Origin: Macrostomum lignano
Lineage: Eukaryota
Length of the DNA stretch: 64,000 nt
Assembly (NCBI GenBank): GCA_002269645.1
Contig: NIVC01003512.1
Coordinates: 30,256 to 94,255 of the forward strand
Direction: 5' to 3'
Made by a program: the position numbers and the translations under genes. The notes beneath the pieces are model-generated. The model had not been told where the DNA came from. It did no database searches and saw only the letters and a program-made list of their open reading frames with translations. Positions within the stretch are counted from its first letter, which is position 1, and every line of letters starts with the position of its first letter. Below are positions 25,490-39,100 of this stretch, in pieces.

Positions 25490-28400
25490 TCAGGCAAGTC
25501 CCGTGGCAGCCAGTTCCTGCATGATCGGCGGCGCGGCAGTGATCTGCATGACCTTGGAGCCGTCGCTGTACCGCACGTCCAGCCAACGGATGGGCAGCAG
25601 CAGCAGCAGGGCCCGCTTTGCCTTGTAGTTGGCCGCTGCAGGTACAGCCTCCTGCATGTTAGCCAGACCGTCAAGGTACTGCATGTAGTACCACTGCGTA
25701 GCCTTGACTAAAGCTCGCTCCGCCTCGTCCAGCTCAAGGCCAACGTCGTCCTCGAGCAAGTACAGGCCGAGCAGGATGAGCGCGGCAACTTGGCGCTGCT
25801 CGCCAAACAAGGTGCGAACTTCGCAGTAATAGTTGCGCAACGTTTCGTAGATGCGCTCAACATCGGCGGCGGTGTAGAGTGGCCGGCCGTCGATGCAGCG
25901 GCGTGTCATTAAGCCCATGAAGGTGATCATTGTAGCCGCTTTCGTCTCCAGCACCACCTCTTCCAGGCCGCCGTTGGCTGAGCCGTCGCTGCCACTGCCG
26001 CTGCCGCTGCCGCTGGCTGCCGCACCACCAGCCTGCTGATTCTCGAGCAGAAGGACCCACGCGTCGCGCGAGTAATCGTATGAGAGCACGCTAGTAAGCT
26101 GGATGCCTCCGAACACCTTGAACTGGGCAAGAATTTATTTAAGGGTTCTCATTTAATACTACGTTGTCGTAAAGCCCTACTGACGACGAAAGCTTACGAT
26201 ATAGATATACGCCCTCAAAAAGGCGTGTTAAGTACGAAAAAAAGATGCGCAACTTCCTTTTGTGAACTGTCTACTGACAGACAGATCGCAACCTGCAAGA
26301 GAGAGAAACAGCTTCTACTATCGACTATTGTAAATAGGGTTTCAACAATTTGCCTTCAACTATATGTACGAGCTACTACTGTTTGATCGGGAATTAACTA
26401 TAAATTTGAAAGCCTATTTCCAAGCTTGACTGCGTTGACTGCATCCAGACAAAGTCTCTAAATGGCTGGAGTGACTAAGCGGAAGTTAACACAGCTGCTC
26501 TGTTTATGGTTAAAATACTTTTCTACGTCGAGTACACTCTGAAAGAAGAGATCACGACACCAAAAGGTTTACGTACAGTGCACATGTTCCCGTACCCCAC
26601 CATACAGACTTGCTCACCTTGACAATTCGTCCCAGCAGGTTCTTCTCCATGCTCTCGAACCCAGGCAGCTGTGGAATAAGACGAATCATCTTTCGCACGG
26701 AACTCTCGAGCGTAGAGAATCCCTCCTCGGAGTTGAACAGCTTGGAGGACATGCATGGGGTCCGCGCTTCGTACGGCAGCTGATAGCTCTTGACACAGAG
26801 CAGAAGCTGCTGATACACCAGTGAGAGCTCAAAGTTGTGCGCCAGAGACTCAATCTCCGTCAGGGAGCCGCCCCGACTTTCGTCAATATCGCTGGTCGAT
26901 GAGTCTTCAAAGTTTCCAGCGGCTGCAGCTTCATTGCTTGCTGGAAACTCAACCGGCCGTGGGGGCGCTGGCGGGGGCAAATGCGGTGGAGGCGGCGGCG
27001 GCGGCGGTGGGGGCAGAGGTGGAGGTGGCAGCTGTCTTGACGCTGCGGCGTTGGCAGCCGCAACAGCTGCGGCTGCGGCGGCTGCTGCGGCATTTGATTC
27101 ATGCAATTGATGAGGCATAGCAGCGTGTTGAAGCATGCGCAGCGATGGCATGAGCTGCTCGGCTGCCAGATCACCTTGACCACCGCCATTAAATCTCGGG
27201 ACGCCGTGCCGCATGGCATTGCCAGGGAGGCCCATGCTGGCGGCGACGCTCATGCCGGAGAGCAATTGGTCAACGTTGACATCCGCTGGTACCCGGCACC
27301 AGCGGAAGCGCGGCTTCTTGAACGTTGGCCGAGCGCGCGTCTTCAACTTTTCGTCGGCTTCAGGCGCGGTTGGGGCAGGTGAGAAATTGTTAGTGTCTTG
27401 CTGAACAGAGCTGCGAACTTCGGGAACTGGTTGCCCGAACTATTCTTGCCCACCCCAAAGCTAAACCATCTTGTGCATCCTGCCTTTCGGGCCATCCATG
27501 GCAACGAGTTGGCCGATCGCCTGGCCAAGGCTGGCTCGACCGGTTCTTTTACTGGTCCCCTGCCAGTGGCCCCCACCCCCCACCGCCGTTGTCACCACTC
27601 GGATCAACCAGTGGTGACAACAGCTGTGCTTTGTGCTTCAAAGCACAGGGAGAGGTGGGCTAACGCTCCCAACTGCCGGAAATCCCGCGCGGCTGTCCCC
27701 TGTCCTTCCCTCGCCCAATGCAGGGCCCTGCTTGGACACAACCGCAGGGACACCAGGGCGGTGACCACCTCTCGGGACCTGGCTGTTTTGCCAAGCATCG
27801 CTACCTCCAGAGAAAATCCCACTCTGCCTCTCCGGTGTCGAGAATGCGGAGCACTTCATCTGCGAATGCCCCGCCTTAGCTCAAGACAGGCTCACCTACC
27901 TCGGCCCAAACCTGGACCTCTCCGACGTTTTCAGGCCCGAGAATCTCTGCCAGCTCGTCCGCTACCTAAGGGCTACCAGACGAGCGACCATTCACCTCCT
28001 GGACTATCCTGCACTCGCCTCCCCGCTGTATCCGGATGCCTGGAACCCCCTGCAGCTGAGCAAAGTACGAAGTGCATCCTGCCTATTTAATTAGCACAGA
28101 TGCCTCGGGCACCCATGCAGTACGCCGGAAAATGGTGCCAATGCCAATATAAATAAGAAGAAATACTCACACAAGATGAGGTCCTTCTTCATGCCCACGG
28201 AGAAGCACTTGCGCAACCGGCATGCGGTGCAGGAGCGCCGGTACTCCCGCAGAATATTGCAGTTGTTCTGGTGCAGACACTTGATCTGGCTCGGCTGTCA
28301 AATTAGAATTTTAATAATCAGGAATATTTGATTTGAATTTTGAATAAAGATGGGTTGCAAGGCTGGTCACGAGAATATAAGCAGTCTAACGAGCTATTGA

Positions 28401-29630
28401 TTGGCTTCAGAAGCTCTGTAATCAGTGTCATTCGATGGGAGATGAACGGAAAATCTATCAGTTAACGAGCTCACACTTGGGAAACTATTCAATGCTAACC
28501 TTTTGATCCCACGTCATCTACTTGCATATGCATACTTTGAAATAGATAATAAATTAGCTAATTTCCTTAATGTCATCAGTGTCTCGAGACCCATTTTTCT
28601 TCTAACGCTTGCACTTTTAATTTTAGACTCGTATAACGCTCGAACGTCATTACTTTGATTATTTTTTTGATATTATGGGACGAATGGTCTCTTTCTTGTA
28701 ATCCAGTCGTTAGTAGTTTCTAATTTCCTAAAATACGAGTATACTAATTCTAAAAGCAGAAAACTACTCCAATAATTGAAGAAGCCCGCCATTTGCATGA
28801 CTAGGGGGAGCCGTGGGACAAGATGTACGTTCAACTATATGGCATGCATACTTCGGAGCGATACGAATACGATTCATTAGCCAAGTGCTTTGCTAATGAG
28901 TCGACTAAACGTACCTTCCTTCCTTGAAAGTCAGGCGCCATTGAACTGAAGGAGGGAAATTCTGTGCCACGATGCTTGCTAGCTCATATGCTCTAGCATA
29001 TGTTTAGTGCTATATCAGGGGCCGTAGAATGTAGGGCATGACTGCGGGCCTGAGAGAGGAGGGGAGAGATAACAGAGGGAATAGAGAAGAAGAGAGGAGA
29101 AGAGAAGAGAGAAGGGGGTGAGAGAGGAGAGAGGAGAGGAGAGAGGGAGAGGGGAGAGAGGGGAGATGAGAGAGGAGAGAAGAAAAAAGAGAAGAGAGCT
29201 GAGAAGAGACACAAACCTTGAGCGGGCCGGAGTTCGCCGGCCCCTAATGAGTTCAAATCAAATCCGTATACTAAAAATGAGTTGCTTGTTTGTACGAAAT
29301 CAATTATCTCCCAAAAGGCTCAACCGAAATTGTCCTTCTTACATCCCGCTTGGCGTTCCGCCGGAAGAAGGTCTTGCAAGACTCGCAAGTGGCCACTCCA
29401 AAATTGTTACCGGATGCTGCCAGCTCACACACACAGCATTTTATTGCCAGTTGCTGCTGTTCTTGCTGCTGCTGCTGCTGTTGTTGTTGTTGTTGATGAT
29501 GATGCTGATGCAGCTGAGGTGTCAGCAAAGGCGGTGGCGGCGGTGGCTGGTGGTGCTGCTGCTGGTGCTGACGCACAGTCCAAGCTGGGTGGCCAAAGAA
29601 TTGACTGCTCTGAGCTGCACCGTCTCCCAT
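25490..29630 (-). CDS. Hr96: Nuclear hormone receptor, HR96/DAF-12-like (NR1J)
   Basis: Exons 29630-29343, 28294-28171, 27357-26618, 26122-25490. C4 zinc fingers [32 protein letters not shown]|[41 protein letters not shown]|SDEK. LBD includes [23 protein letters not shown]|[16 protein letters not shown] and an AF-2-like PPIMQEL. An ESCK-type P-box is characteristic of NR1J. Confidence 0.85.
27400..28163 (+). mobile_element. 3' fragment of an RNase H-containing non-LTR retrotransposon (I/Loa/Tad-like), in nuclear receptor intron
   Basis: RNase H C-terminus [14 protein letters not shown]; frameshifted Zn-knuckle [25 protein letters not shown]; A-rich tail ataaataagaagaaa. Confidence 0.75.
29016..29246. 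mobile_element. hAT-like MITE with internal GA-rich tract
   Basis: caggggccg start, gcgggccggagttcgccggcccct end; shares gagagctgagaag..ca.aaaccttga with 37381-37617. Confidence 0.45.
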
Positions 29631-31083
29631 GCTGCATTCTGGGGGGGAGGGGCAGAAGCAGATGGCAAGTGTTTTAGATAACACTCCATCACATAATAAA
29701 AATCTATTACACATAAAATATGAAGTACTCACCGCGTAAGTCTTATTGTATGTCTCAGTTTCAGCAACAAAAATTCGGTTGGCTAAACTATTAGCTGTTT
29801 TGCTAGTGGAGTTCTAAAATAATATTTAATAGCTCTTTCTATAAACTGTACGCTAGGCTGTTTCTTGAGCAAAGCAGAAAATCATGCAACAATGAAAATT
29901 GGCTGCTAGCTGCTCTCAGGAGAGGAGGACACGTCGTTTTGAAAAAGTCGGGCACTCCGGGGTGGCGACGCTACTTTGTCAGACAATAAAAACTGGCAGA
30001 GTGGGGTGGAAAAATGGGAGGGTGGGTTGGCCTCAGAGGACAGGCCGCTTTGCTGAGTCCTGTCTCTTTTTTACCGGCTTGGACCAAATAGGCTCTTTCT
30101 GTGCGTCTCCCGCCTTGTGAACTTGTGAACGGTAGAGAAAGGTAAATGGACCATGGCATAAAGGCAAGGAAAACCCCTGTTAGGTTGAGGGTGGGTTGTT
30201 GGATAAAACAGTGGCCGTGTGTTCTACCCTCGCGTCCGCCTGCTGCCTCTCCCTTCATTGGTCGAGCACCTTCTAGCCTCCCCATCTGACTGGGGCTCAA
30301 TTTCTGCCCCAGCCCTGCCCCGAAGAGAGAAGTACGCGGCAACCTAGTTGTTGAACTCTAAACTAATGGCCGGGTGGGGCGCCACTGCAAAGCGGCTCTG
30401 CCCCATAACGACAGGCAGACATGTCACCATAGTACAGCAAAAATTTCTGCCTGAACTGGACATTGAGCACCCGGCTCAGCAATTGCAAAAAAACACGAAT
30501 TTTAGAGGCAGAGACAGAGCGATTGACTTCAGCTTGCTATAATGCAAATGAGGCCAGGTTTTTCAACTCTTGCTAAGGCGCACTGTGGGTCTACTAGGGG
30601 TGGCGGTGTTTATTGTTTGATGTTTGGTGTGTTTAATGCCATGATTCGACGATTGTCTATGGCCAAAGCCGTGTATAGGGAGAGCACTGATTCAATTCAG
30701 ACTTTAAACTCAGAACCGTTAGAAAAAATTATGTACTTTTTGATGCAGAAAGCGAACAAGTGATGAAGTGAATTAGCATTTTTTGATGCACTAGTGAACA
30801 ATTCAAAACTCCAAATGTAATTAAACTGTCAGACCTCATGTGTGCTCAATCAGATGTTTTCATGGGCCAACCAGCGGGACAGGAAGCACTTTGTGTGAGA
30901 AAAGCAGGCGCCAATAGAACGCCAATCCTGTAGATTGATTTCGTCTGGTGGCCTCTCGGACTCCCATTGCCCGGCTGTCATGACTTGTGTCTGAATTTAA
31001 CTGCTGTGTGTCTTAAATTCAATGCTCTGCCTGTGCCATAGACTATGGATGGTGTTTTTTCCATAGACTAAAGTAGAGACAAA

Positions 31084-31276
31084 GGGCCGTATGCAGAAAG
31101 CCTAGTCCAGACTAGCTAGTCCGGACTTGGGTAGTTCAGTCTATAGTCTATGGTCTAGCTAGCCTAGTTCTGCTATAGTAGACTGGTCTAACTTTGTGTT
31201 TCTGCATACCAAATCCAAGTCTAGACTAGCTTTTCAAGACCGGACTACCCTAGACAGAGCTTTCTGCATACGGCCC
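31084..31276. mobile_element. MITE with perfect 18-bp TIRs (possibly PIF/Harbinger-type)
   Basis: gggccgtatgcagaaagc at 31084-31101 and its reverse complement at 31259-31276; AAA on both flanks (possible 3-bp TSD). Confidence 0.75.
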
Positions 31277-31292
31277 AAAGGTTGACTTTGTT

Positions 31293-32057
31293 TTTTTGCA
31301 GCCCATTTGGGCTTACGCGCATTAGTCCGCTTCTCAGTTTCAACTTAATTTAATCCAAGATACGGTTGCCAATGCAATGGAGCTTTTGTCTATGGTAGCA
31401 AGGCTTGATTTGGTCCAACAAGCATCAATTTGGTCCATAGCTTCATTTGCAACTGCTGCGGAGGAGCAAGATCAGCCCCAGAATTGTGAACCATATGCTG
31501 GGCTGTCCAAGGAATGCCAACGAAGTGGCTTGCGATCGAAGCACTCGACACAGGTGAACACCCAATTCAAATGACATTGCAAGGTTGCTGAATGTTACAG
31601 AAAAGATGGTTTACAGCATCCATCAGCGCGTTGAAACTATGCCGGCAGAGATTGCCTGCGAAACGATGGCAATCGCCAAGGCAAGATGCTCGAGAGCCTC
31701 AGGTCCAACTGCTACTCGATGCAGTTGAGACGAATCCTTTGTTGATATTTCAAAAAATGCAGCAGAAGTTGAGGGAACAGCTCCAGTTATTTATCTGATT
31801 TTGACTATCAGCAGAGCTCTGGAAAAGCGACTGAAAGTTGTTTCTATAGAGACGCTGACATTCCAGAGGTACTCAACAACCTGCAGACAGTTGCGAGAAG
31901 TAACCAAATTGATGCTTGTTGGACCAAATTGATGCTTGTTGGACCAAATGAAATGCCGCTGTGCCAGCCTTGCTACCATAGACAAAAGCTCCCATTGCAT
32001 TAGCAAGCCTATCTTGGATTAAATTTAATGCGCCTAAGCCCAAATGGGCTGCAAAAA
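31293..32057 (+). mobile_element. Internally deleted TIR DNA transposon with about 140-bp imperfect TIRs
   Basis: 31293-31437 is the inverted counterpart of about 31898-32057. Interior has HTH-like remnants (LLDAVETNPLL..., LTISRALEKRLK) reminiscent of Tc1/IS630 N-termini. Confidence 0.6.
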
Positions 32058-32700
32058 GCTAAATTAATGGGTTGGGAGTGGAGAATTTTCGCTCTTAACC
32101 TGAGCCTTTAATTAGCAAGCAGACATGAAGTTCAGTTGATTAAAACTACGGCATCTACCGAAACTGTGCTTCCACCCTCACTAGGAATTCAGCAGCAACA
32201 ATGTGCCTAGTGCAATAAATAGACTGGAGTCTCAGAATAGAATTGCCATCTTTCTCAAGGTAACCGTGCTCTCTGAGAGGGCTGGATCGAGCATGACTGA
32301 GACGGGACTGATATGAGACAGAGGCAATCTGAAGGACAGCGACACAGCTTGGGCCAGAATAGCATGAGGGAGGGGAAGTTGGCAAATTCTGGGTGACAAG
32401 CTAAATGCAGACGAGTCTGCTCTGTCCTTGGCAAACAATGAGATATACGAAACCGATAAACTGTACAGCATCCTCCCAGATTCTCACTGAATTAACTCAG
32501 TACACACAGACGAGTACAGCGCACTGCATAATGCAAGCATTGAGGAGAGAGAAGAAAGTACTGAAGGCTAGTCTGAGTCAGCCCAATATGCAGTGCACAT
32601 TATTGGTGGCGTGAATTACAGTGTACTTACACGGTTGCAATGCCCTGCCATGCAGTTGAAATGCGGTCAATTCCGTCCCTCTGACAAGCCCCATGCAGCA

Positions 32701-32753
<53 letters not shown>

Positions 32754-32770
32754 TCTCTCTCTCTCCCTCT

Positions 32771-33620
32771 CTAGAAGAACACTAGAAGAACAATGAGAGA
32801 TAGAATGGACCAGCACAGGTCAAATATTAACAGGAGAGTCGTTACTTCGGGGTCAGAGCACTTTCTCACCCCCAATCACTCGATTGCAAACTTTGTCTCC
32901 ATTGCTATCGAACAAGTTCTTAATAACAACAAAATCGAACTAAGGGAAGAAATCTGGATTAAAAAACTGGGGACTGACGAACCGCCAGGTACGAACATCA
33001 GGGTTGACAATCATCTTCTCCGACCCATCCTTCCTTTTCACCCATCTACGGTCTGGCTCGCCAACGAGATTGCTAAAAACTTTGATAACTACAAAATAAA
33101 CCAGGCTCCCGCATACTGCCCGCATTTACACGGCAACGTAACTTACAGAGCCTCCTGGCTCCCAATAAGTTTAAATCTCAGCCAGAAAACCATTGAATCA
33201 TTTTAACCAATGCGCTCATTTTACCCTATTGATGTACAATATTTATTCAAATTTATTTTATTCAAACTGCTTGATTGTACGCACAAATATCGATTTTTAT
33301 GCTCCTACCCTCAATACTGGCATTTCCTGTAATCGTATAGCACTTCGAAAAAACAATTTTTATATAATAAATATACTGTCGATTAAAATTAACGGTGGAA
33401 AGCCTCTGGGACAAGTTAGAGCTAGAAAAAACAGGGTTTTAAATGTACATCCCTCATATGTACAACTAACTCATCAATTTTATCAGACTAAGAAAAATAA
33501 TACTTAAAAGACCAACTTGCATTGCATTACACCCAGATTTTTGGCCTGACGAAGAGCCCAGAGGCTCGAAACCGGTAGCCCATATTAAAAAAAATTTTTT
33601 TTAAACACGCCGTGACCTCT
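32771..33620 (+). mobile_element. Penelope-like retroelement (PLE), 5'-truncated 3' fragment or pLTR
   Basis: ORF 32793-33206 carries the C-terminal half of a PLE GIY-YIG endonuclease (R..QHR..I...HF...HS...IEQV...REEIWIKKLGT.EP.G.N). An AT-rich tail with a hammerhead follows. Flanked by (CT)n on both sides. Confidence 0.8.
33543..33580 (+). ncRNA. Minimal type I hammerhead ribozyme (PLE-associated)
   Basis: ggc CUGACGA a GAGCC caga GGCUC GAAA CCGG UA gcc. Core at 33546-33552; 5-bp stem II; GAAA at 33568-33571; palindromic stem III ACCGGU; GUA cleavage triplet; 3-bp stem I. Confidence 0.8.
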
Positions 33621-34697
33621 CTTCTTTCTCTCTCTCTCTCTCTACCTCTCTCTTTAAACGTTGCGCACGTCAAAATTATGTCGGTCAGTGCAAATATTCA
33701 TTCCATACCAGCATTCTATTAATGTTACACTCTCAGCGCGACCTTCTCCCCCCACCAGCAGACCATGGCAGACTTGTGCAATGGGTGAAGCAACTTTATT
33801 GCTACAGCCCCCCTCCTCCACCCTATCAGCACGATGCTCTTTGCTGCTTCGTGCGAGACACACTTTGCACACTCAGCGCACAATCGCTCGATACTGCCCG
33901 TAGTGCAACATGGCCGTCTTACCGCTGCATACATTTACTCTACCGCAGTGTATTTGATAAGAGTCTAGCTCAGCGGCTGGCTGCAACTACAGTGTAAGAA
34001 ATTCCCAACCACTTGCAAGTTTCCATGCCTACACTAAATATGCTAGTACGAAGCGTACTTTCAAGAGATGCAAAGGTACTTTTAATTTGGATGGTGAGCC
34101 GGACAATTAGAACCGGTGGTAAGCAAATTCAGGGCAATACTAGTTCTTCTAAAATCGATATTTTGAAAAAAACAACTAAAATTTCAAAAAATCTTCAAAA
34201 ATGATTTGAAAAATTGTTACCAGAAAGAGCTCAAACCTTGGCAACGGTACTGAACAGACACTTTCAGATATTAAAAATAATATATTTAAACCCTTGACGC
34301 ATTGCTATAAGCACCATCGTTGCCAGATTGGACTCTGCGCTCTCTTGTGTCAGGTGACACAATCAGAATTGACACGTGATAATTTGTCGTTTCTGTGTTT
34401 TTCAGTGCAATGCCAACTCCAGCTGCAGCCTTGGGTGATGGCTGGGAGCGCAGGAAGGTTGCACGGAGTACCTTAGAGTTGAGAGCAGCCCGCTACTGCC
34501 GACATTGTTTTGCGAGAGCCGTGTCCCGTAACAGGGACTTCTCTATCTAGCATACTGTATGGAGAGCTCTGCCCGTGTGACAGCTTCAAGTGGACCCGCA
34601 TCTCTGAAGCAGCCCTCCTCACATACTAATGGATCCTTTACGATTCCGAGTATATGCATCCAGCTGCGGAGTCTCGCCAGATGAAGATGGCAAAGAC

Positions 34698-35225
<528 letters not shown>

Positions 35226-35530
35226 CGAGCTAGATCTCAAAGCCACGCCTCGAGTAAAAGTACACCCCGAGGAATGCACTACTACCTGCGCGTGAATAGT
35301 GCAGATTATTCTTAGCTCGTACGTCCGAATTCTGCACTTATTAACCTGGTGTGCGGCTTTTTAGCTTTTTTTGAATGTTGCCCTCTCTGCATCTCTAAAT
35401 TCCAAAAAATCGATCTTGCACATCGATCGTGGCATTTTGAATCTCCCTGCAATGAGAACTGGCAGCTGCGACACCTGTTCTCTAGTGTATTTTTACCATT
35501 GCGTTGTACTATCGAAGCAAGCAGTTTTTC

Positions 35531-35830
<300 letters not shown>

Positions 35831-36162
35831 TTAGTATGTATCTGGCTTTGTGTCTGTCATTTTTCATAAATGAAAGATCTTAAACTCGCGGTTTCAAATT
35901 TCGTGATGGGCTGAAACACGGTTACTCAGATATTTAGATACATTGATAGTCTGTTTAACCTGTGTAACCTGTTTAAACAACATAATTTTACAATACTTTT
36001 TGCTGAAGACATGGAAAAAGAAAAAATTCCTGGTGAACAGAAATTTAAGCAATAAAAAGCCAAGCACACTATTTCACAACAGCAACAGTAGCGAAGTTTG
36101 AATACGCGCTGATTTTTATCAAAAGCTAGGCTGATCGCGAGTCTCCTTAGTAAAAGTATAAT

Positions 36163-39100
36163 TTAACTGATTTCCAAATCCTTGGAATCGACTGTTGGTG
36201 GCAGCATCGCCTGCATCGGCAGATGCTCCACGATCTCGTTGCCATCGGCGAGCTCCTCCGGCGATAGCGACGAGAACCGACGACGACCTCCAACCCGGCC
36301 GCCGCCGTTCCCGCCGACTCCAACGACTCCGCTGATGACGAAGGTACTGCGGCCTCCGAGACGATTGTCGCGGCTCTCCTTGCCGCGTCGGATCTGGCGA
36401 CGTGTCATCGTGCGGCGGAGCGCAGTCTGCACCTGCAGAGATTGCGGAGGTAATCTGCCAAACAAAATACCTCCGAGATTTACCGAGTGATAACTGTATA
36501 TTGAAAAACTATTGACTGACAACCTACCGATTGACCCTACCGATTGACAACCTGCCGATTGACAACCTACCGATTGACAACCTGCCGATTGACAACTTAC
36601 CGATTGACAACCTAGCCATTGACAACCTACCGATTGACAACCTACCGATTGACAACCTACCCATTGACAACCTACCGATTGACAACCTACCGATTGACAA
36701 CCTACCGATTGACAACCTACCGATTGACAACCTACCCATTGACAACCTACCCATTGACAACCTACCGATCGACAACACTCATTGACAACCTACTGATCAA
36801 CACTTTCAGTTAATAAAGTCACAGGAGTATAAAAACACGTATTAATTACATGAAAAGGCCTATCCCGCCTGTCCAAACTAGTAATTTTTTTAACAAAAAG
36901 TAAAAAAAAGCGCAACGGCCAACCTCCTTGCTGAGGAAGCAGTACATGAGCGCCAGGAACAGGCCCTGGAAGCTGAGCATGAAGGACTTCAGAGAGGTGA
37001 CCACTATGAAGCAGACGGTGTTCATCGGGTCGGGCAGCAGGCTGATGGCGTTCGTGATGCCCAGCAGCGGCAGCAGCAGCAGAGCCGCTCGGAGGGCTTT
37101 TCTTGAAGGGAGTTCAAAAGGAATTTCTGAGATACGAGCTAGTTTCGAGAGGGGAAATGAGACACAGCGACAGAGAGCTGAGCATCCAATATAGATTGCC
37201 TAGGCAAATCTGGCATAATGCAATAGGAATTGGATTCAGAGCAGGGGGAGGCTCCCGCCCGTTCGAGGGATTAAGCGAAGAATTAGTCGCGCAAACACTG
37301 AGCGCTTATTTAGGCCCTGTGAACTTTTACTATGCTCGTCTGTCCTATTCAAGTAATGTAGAAATTATACAAGCGCTAGTCAGGGATCGGCAAACCTTTT
37401 TAACTTAAGGTCCAGAATATAGAATCTAGCGCATGGATCTAGGAGAAAAGAGAAGACAGAAGAGAGAGGAGGGGAGAGGGGAGAGGAGGGGAGAGGGGAG
37501 AGGAGGGGAGAGGAAAAAAAAGAAGGGAGAGCTGAGAAGGGCCATAAACCTTGATGGATTGTTTTTATAGTTTTTATTGCTTCATGTGGCCCGCAGGTCG
37601 GAGTTATATGATGCCTGTTTCTTGGTGATTGAGGCCCAGACTATTTAGTTAATTTTCGCACTTGAGTTTTAGCACTTCGTTTTGAGAGAGACATTTTAAT
37701 TTGCTGGCACCTAAATATGAAGGACACTGCGGTCCCAAATGCAACTGAGGCCAATTTAGCACGCATTTGAAGGCAGATTATTGCTGCATAAAATGAGTTG
37801 CCGTAGCGGGAGTCAACTTCCCAGCCTTAATAGCTTGAGTGACGAATTTATCATTGTCAGATTTGACAATAATCATATAATTTCCTATTTCCTCTGTGTT
37901 GCGTGTGATAGCCCCCAATTGGGCCGTTTTATTTTGTACGTGCTGTGTGTGTGTGTACGAGCTATTTAGAGTGGTTCGTAAAAAAGTTGCACGATCGATA
38001 TTATAGGCCTCTCCGCGCGCATGCCGCACGAAGAGGTCCAGTTTTATTACTTCTAAATATAGTTTGCCTCGCTTCGGATTAACCGTTTAACTATCTCTTA
38101 TCGCTCTTCTGACTTTTTAGGACTGTTTAAACTTTCACTGTCCGCCTGTTGCTAAATTTAGCTTCAATTGTCGGTTGGTTCTTTGTTATTTGTCCTACTT
38201 AGCTATTGGACAATCTTCTAATCTTCCAAACTGGGGGGGGGGGCAGAGCAGCTCTGCGTTGATGGCGTCTGACTCTCGCTCCACGACCCCAAGTTTGATT
38301 CCGTGCGCAAACACCTTCAATTGGGGCTTGTGCGCGCAAATCGGCCTGGGGTTGTTTTGCGATTAACACCCAAATCGTGTCTTCATCTTTTCTACACCCT
38401 GTCCACATCGGGTCCATATCGGGTACATATCGGGTCCATATCGTGTCCCCATCGTGTTCCCATGAGATCCACATCGTTTCTACATCGTGTCCACATCGTG
38501 TTCCCATGAGATCCACATCCTTTCTACATCGTGTCCACATCGGGTCCCCATTGTGTCTTCATGGGGTCCACATCGTGTCTATATCGTGTCAACATCGGGT
38601 CCACATCGCGTCCCCATCATCGGGTCCACATCGCGTCCCCATCATCGGGTTCCCATGCGATCCACATCGTGTCCACATCGGGTTCCCATCGTGTTCCCAT
38701 GCGATCCACATCGTTTCTACATCGTGTCCACATCGTGTCTACAACGTGTTCACATCGAGTCCACATCGGGTCCCCATCGGGTTCCCATGCGATCCACATC
38801 GTGTCAACATCGGGTCCACATCGCGTCCCCATCATCGGGTCCACATCGCGTCCCCATCATCGGGTCCACATCGCGTCCCCATCATCGGGTTCCCATGCGA
38901 TCCACATCGTGTCCACATCGGGTTCCCATCGTGTTCCCATGCGATCCACATCGTTTCTACATCGTGTCCACATCGTGTCTACAACGTGTTCACATCGAGT
39001 CCACATCGGGTCCCCATCGGGTTCCCATGCGATCCACATCGTGTCTACATCGGATCCACATCGGGTCCCCATCGGGTTCCCATGCGATCCACATCGTGTC

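Noticed and set aside
26179-26200. CUGACGA-C-GAAA hammerhead-like string
   Set aside because: No stem II, no stem I pairing and no retroelement context.
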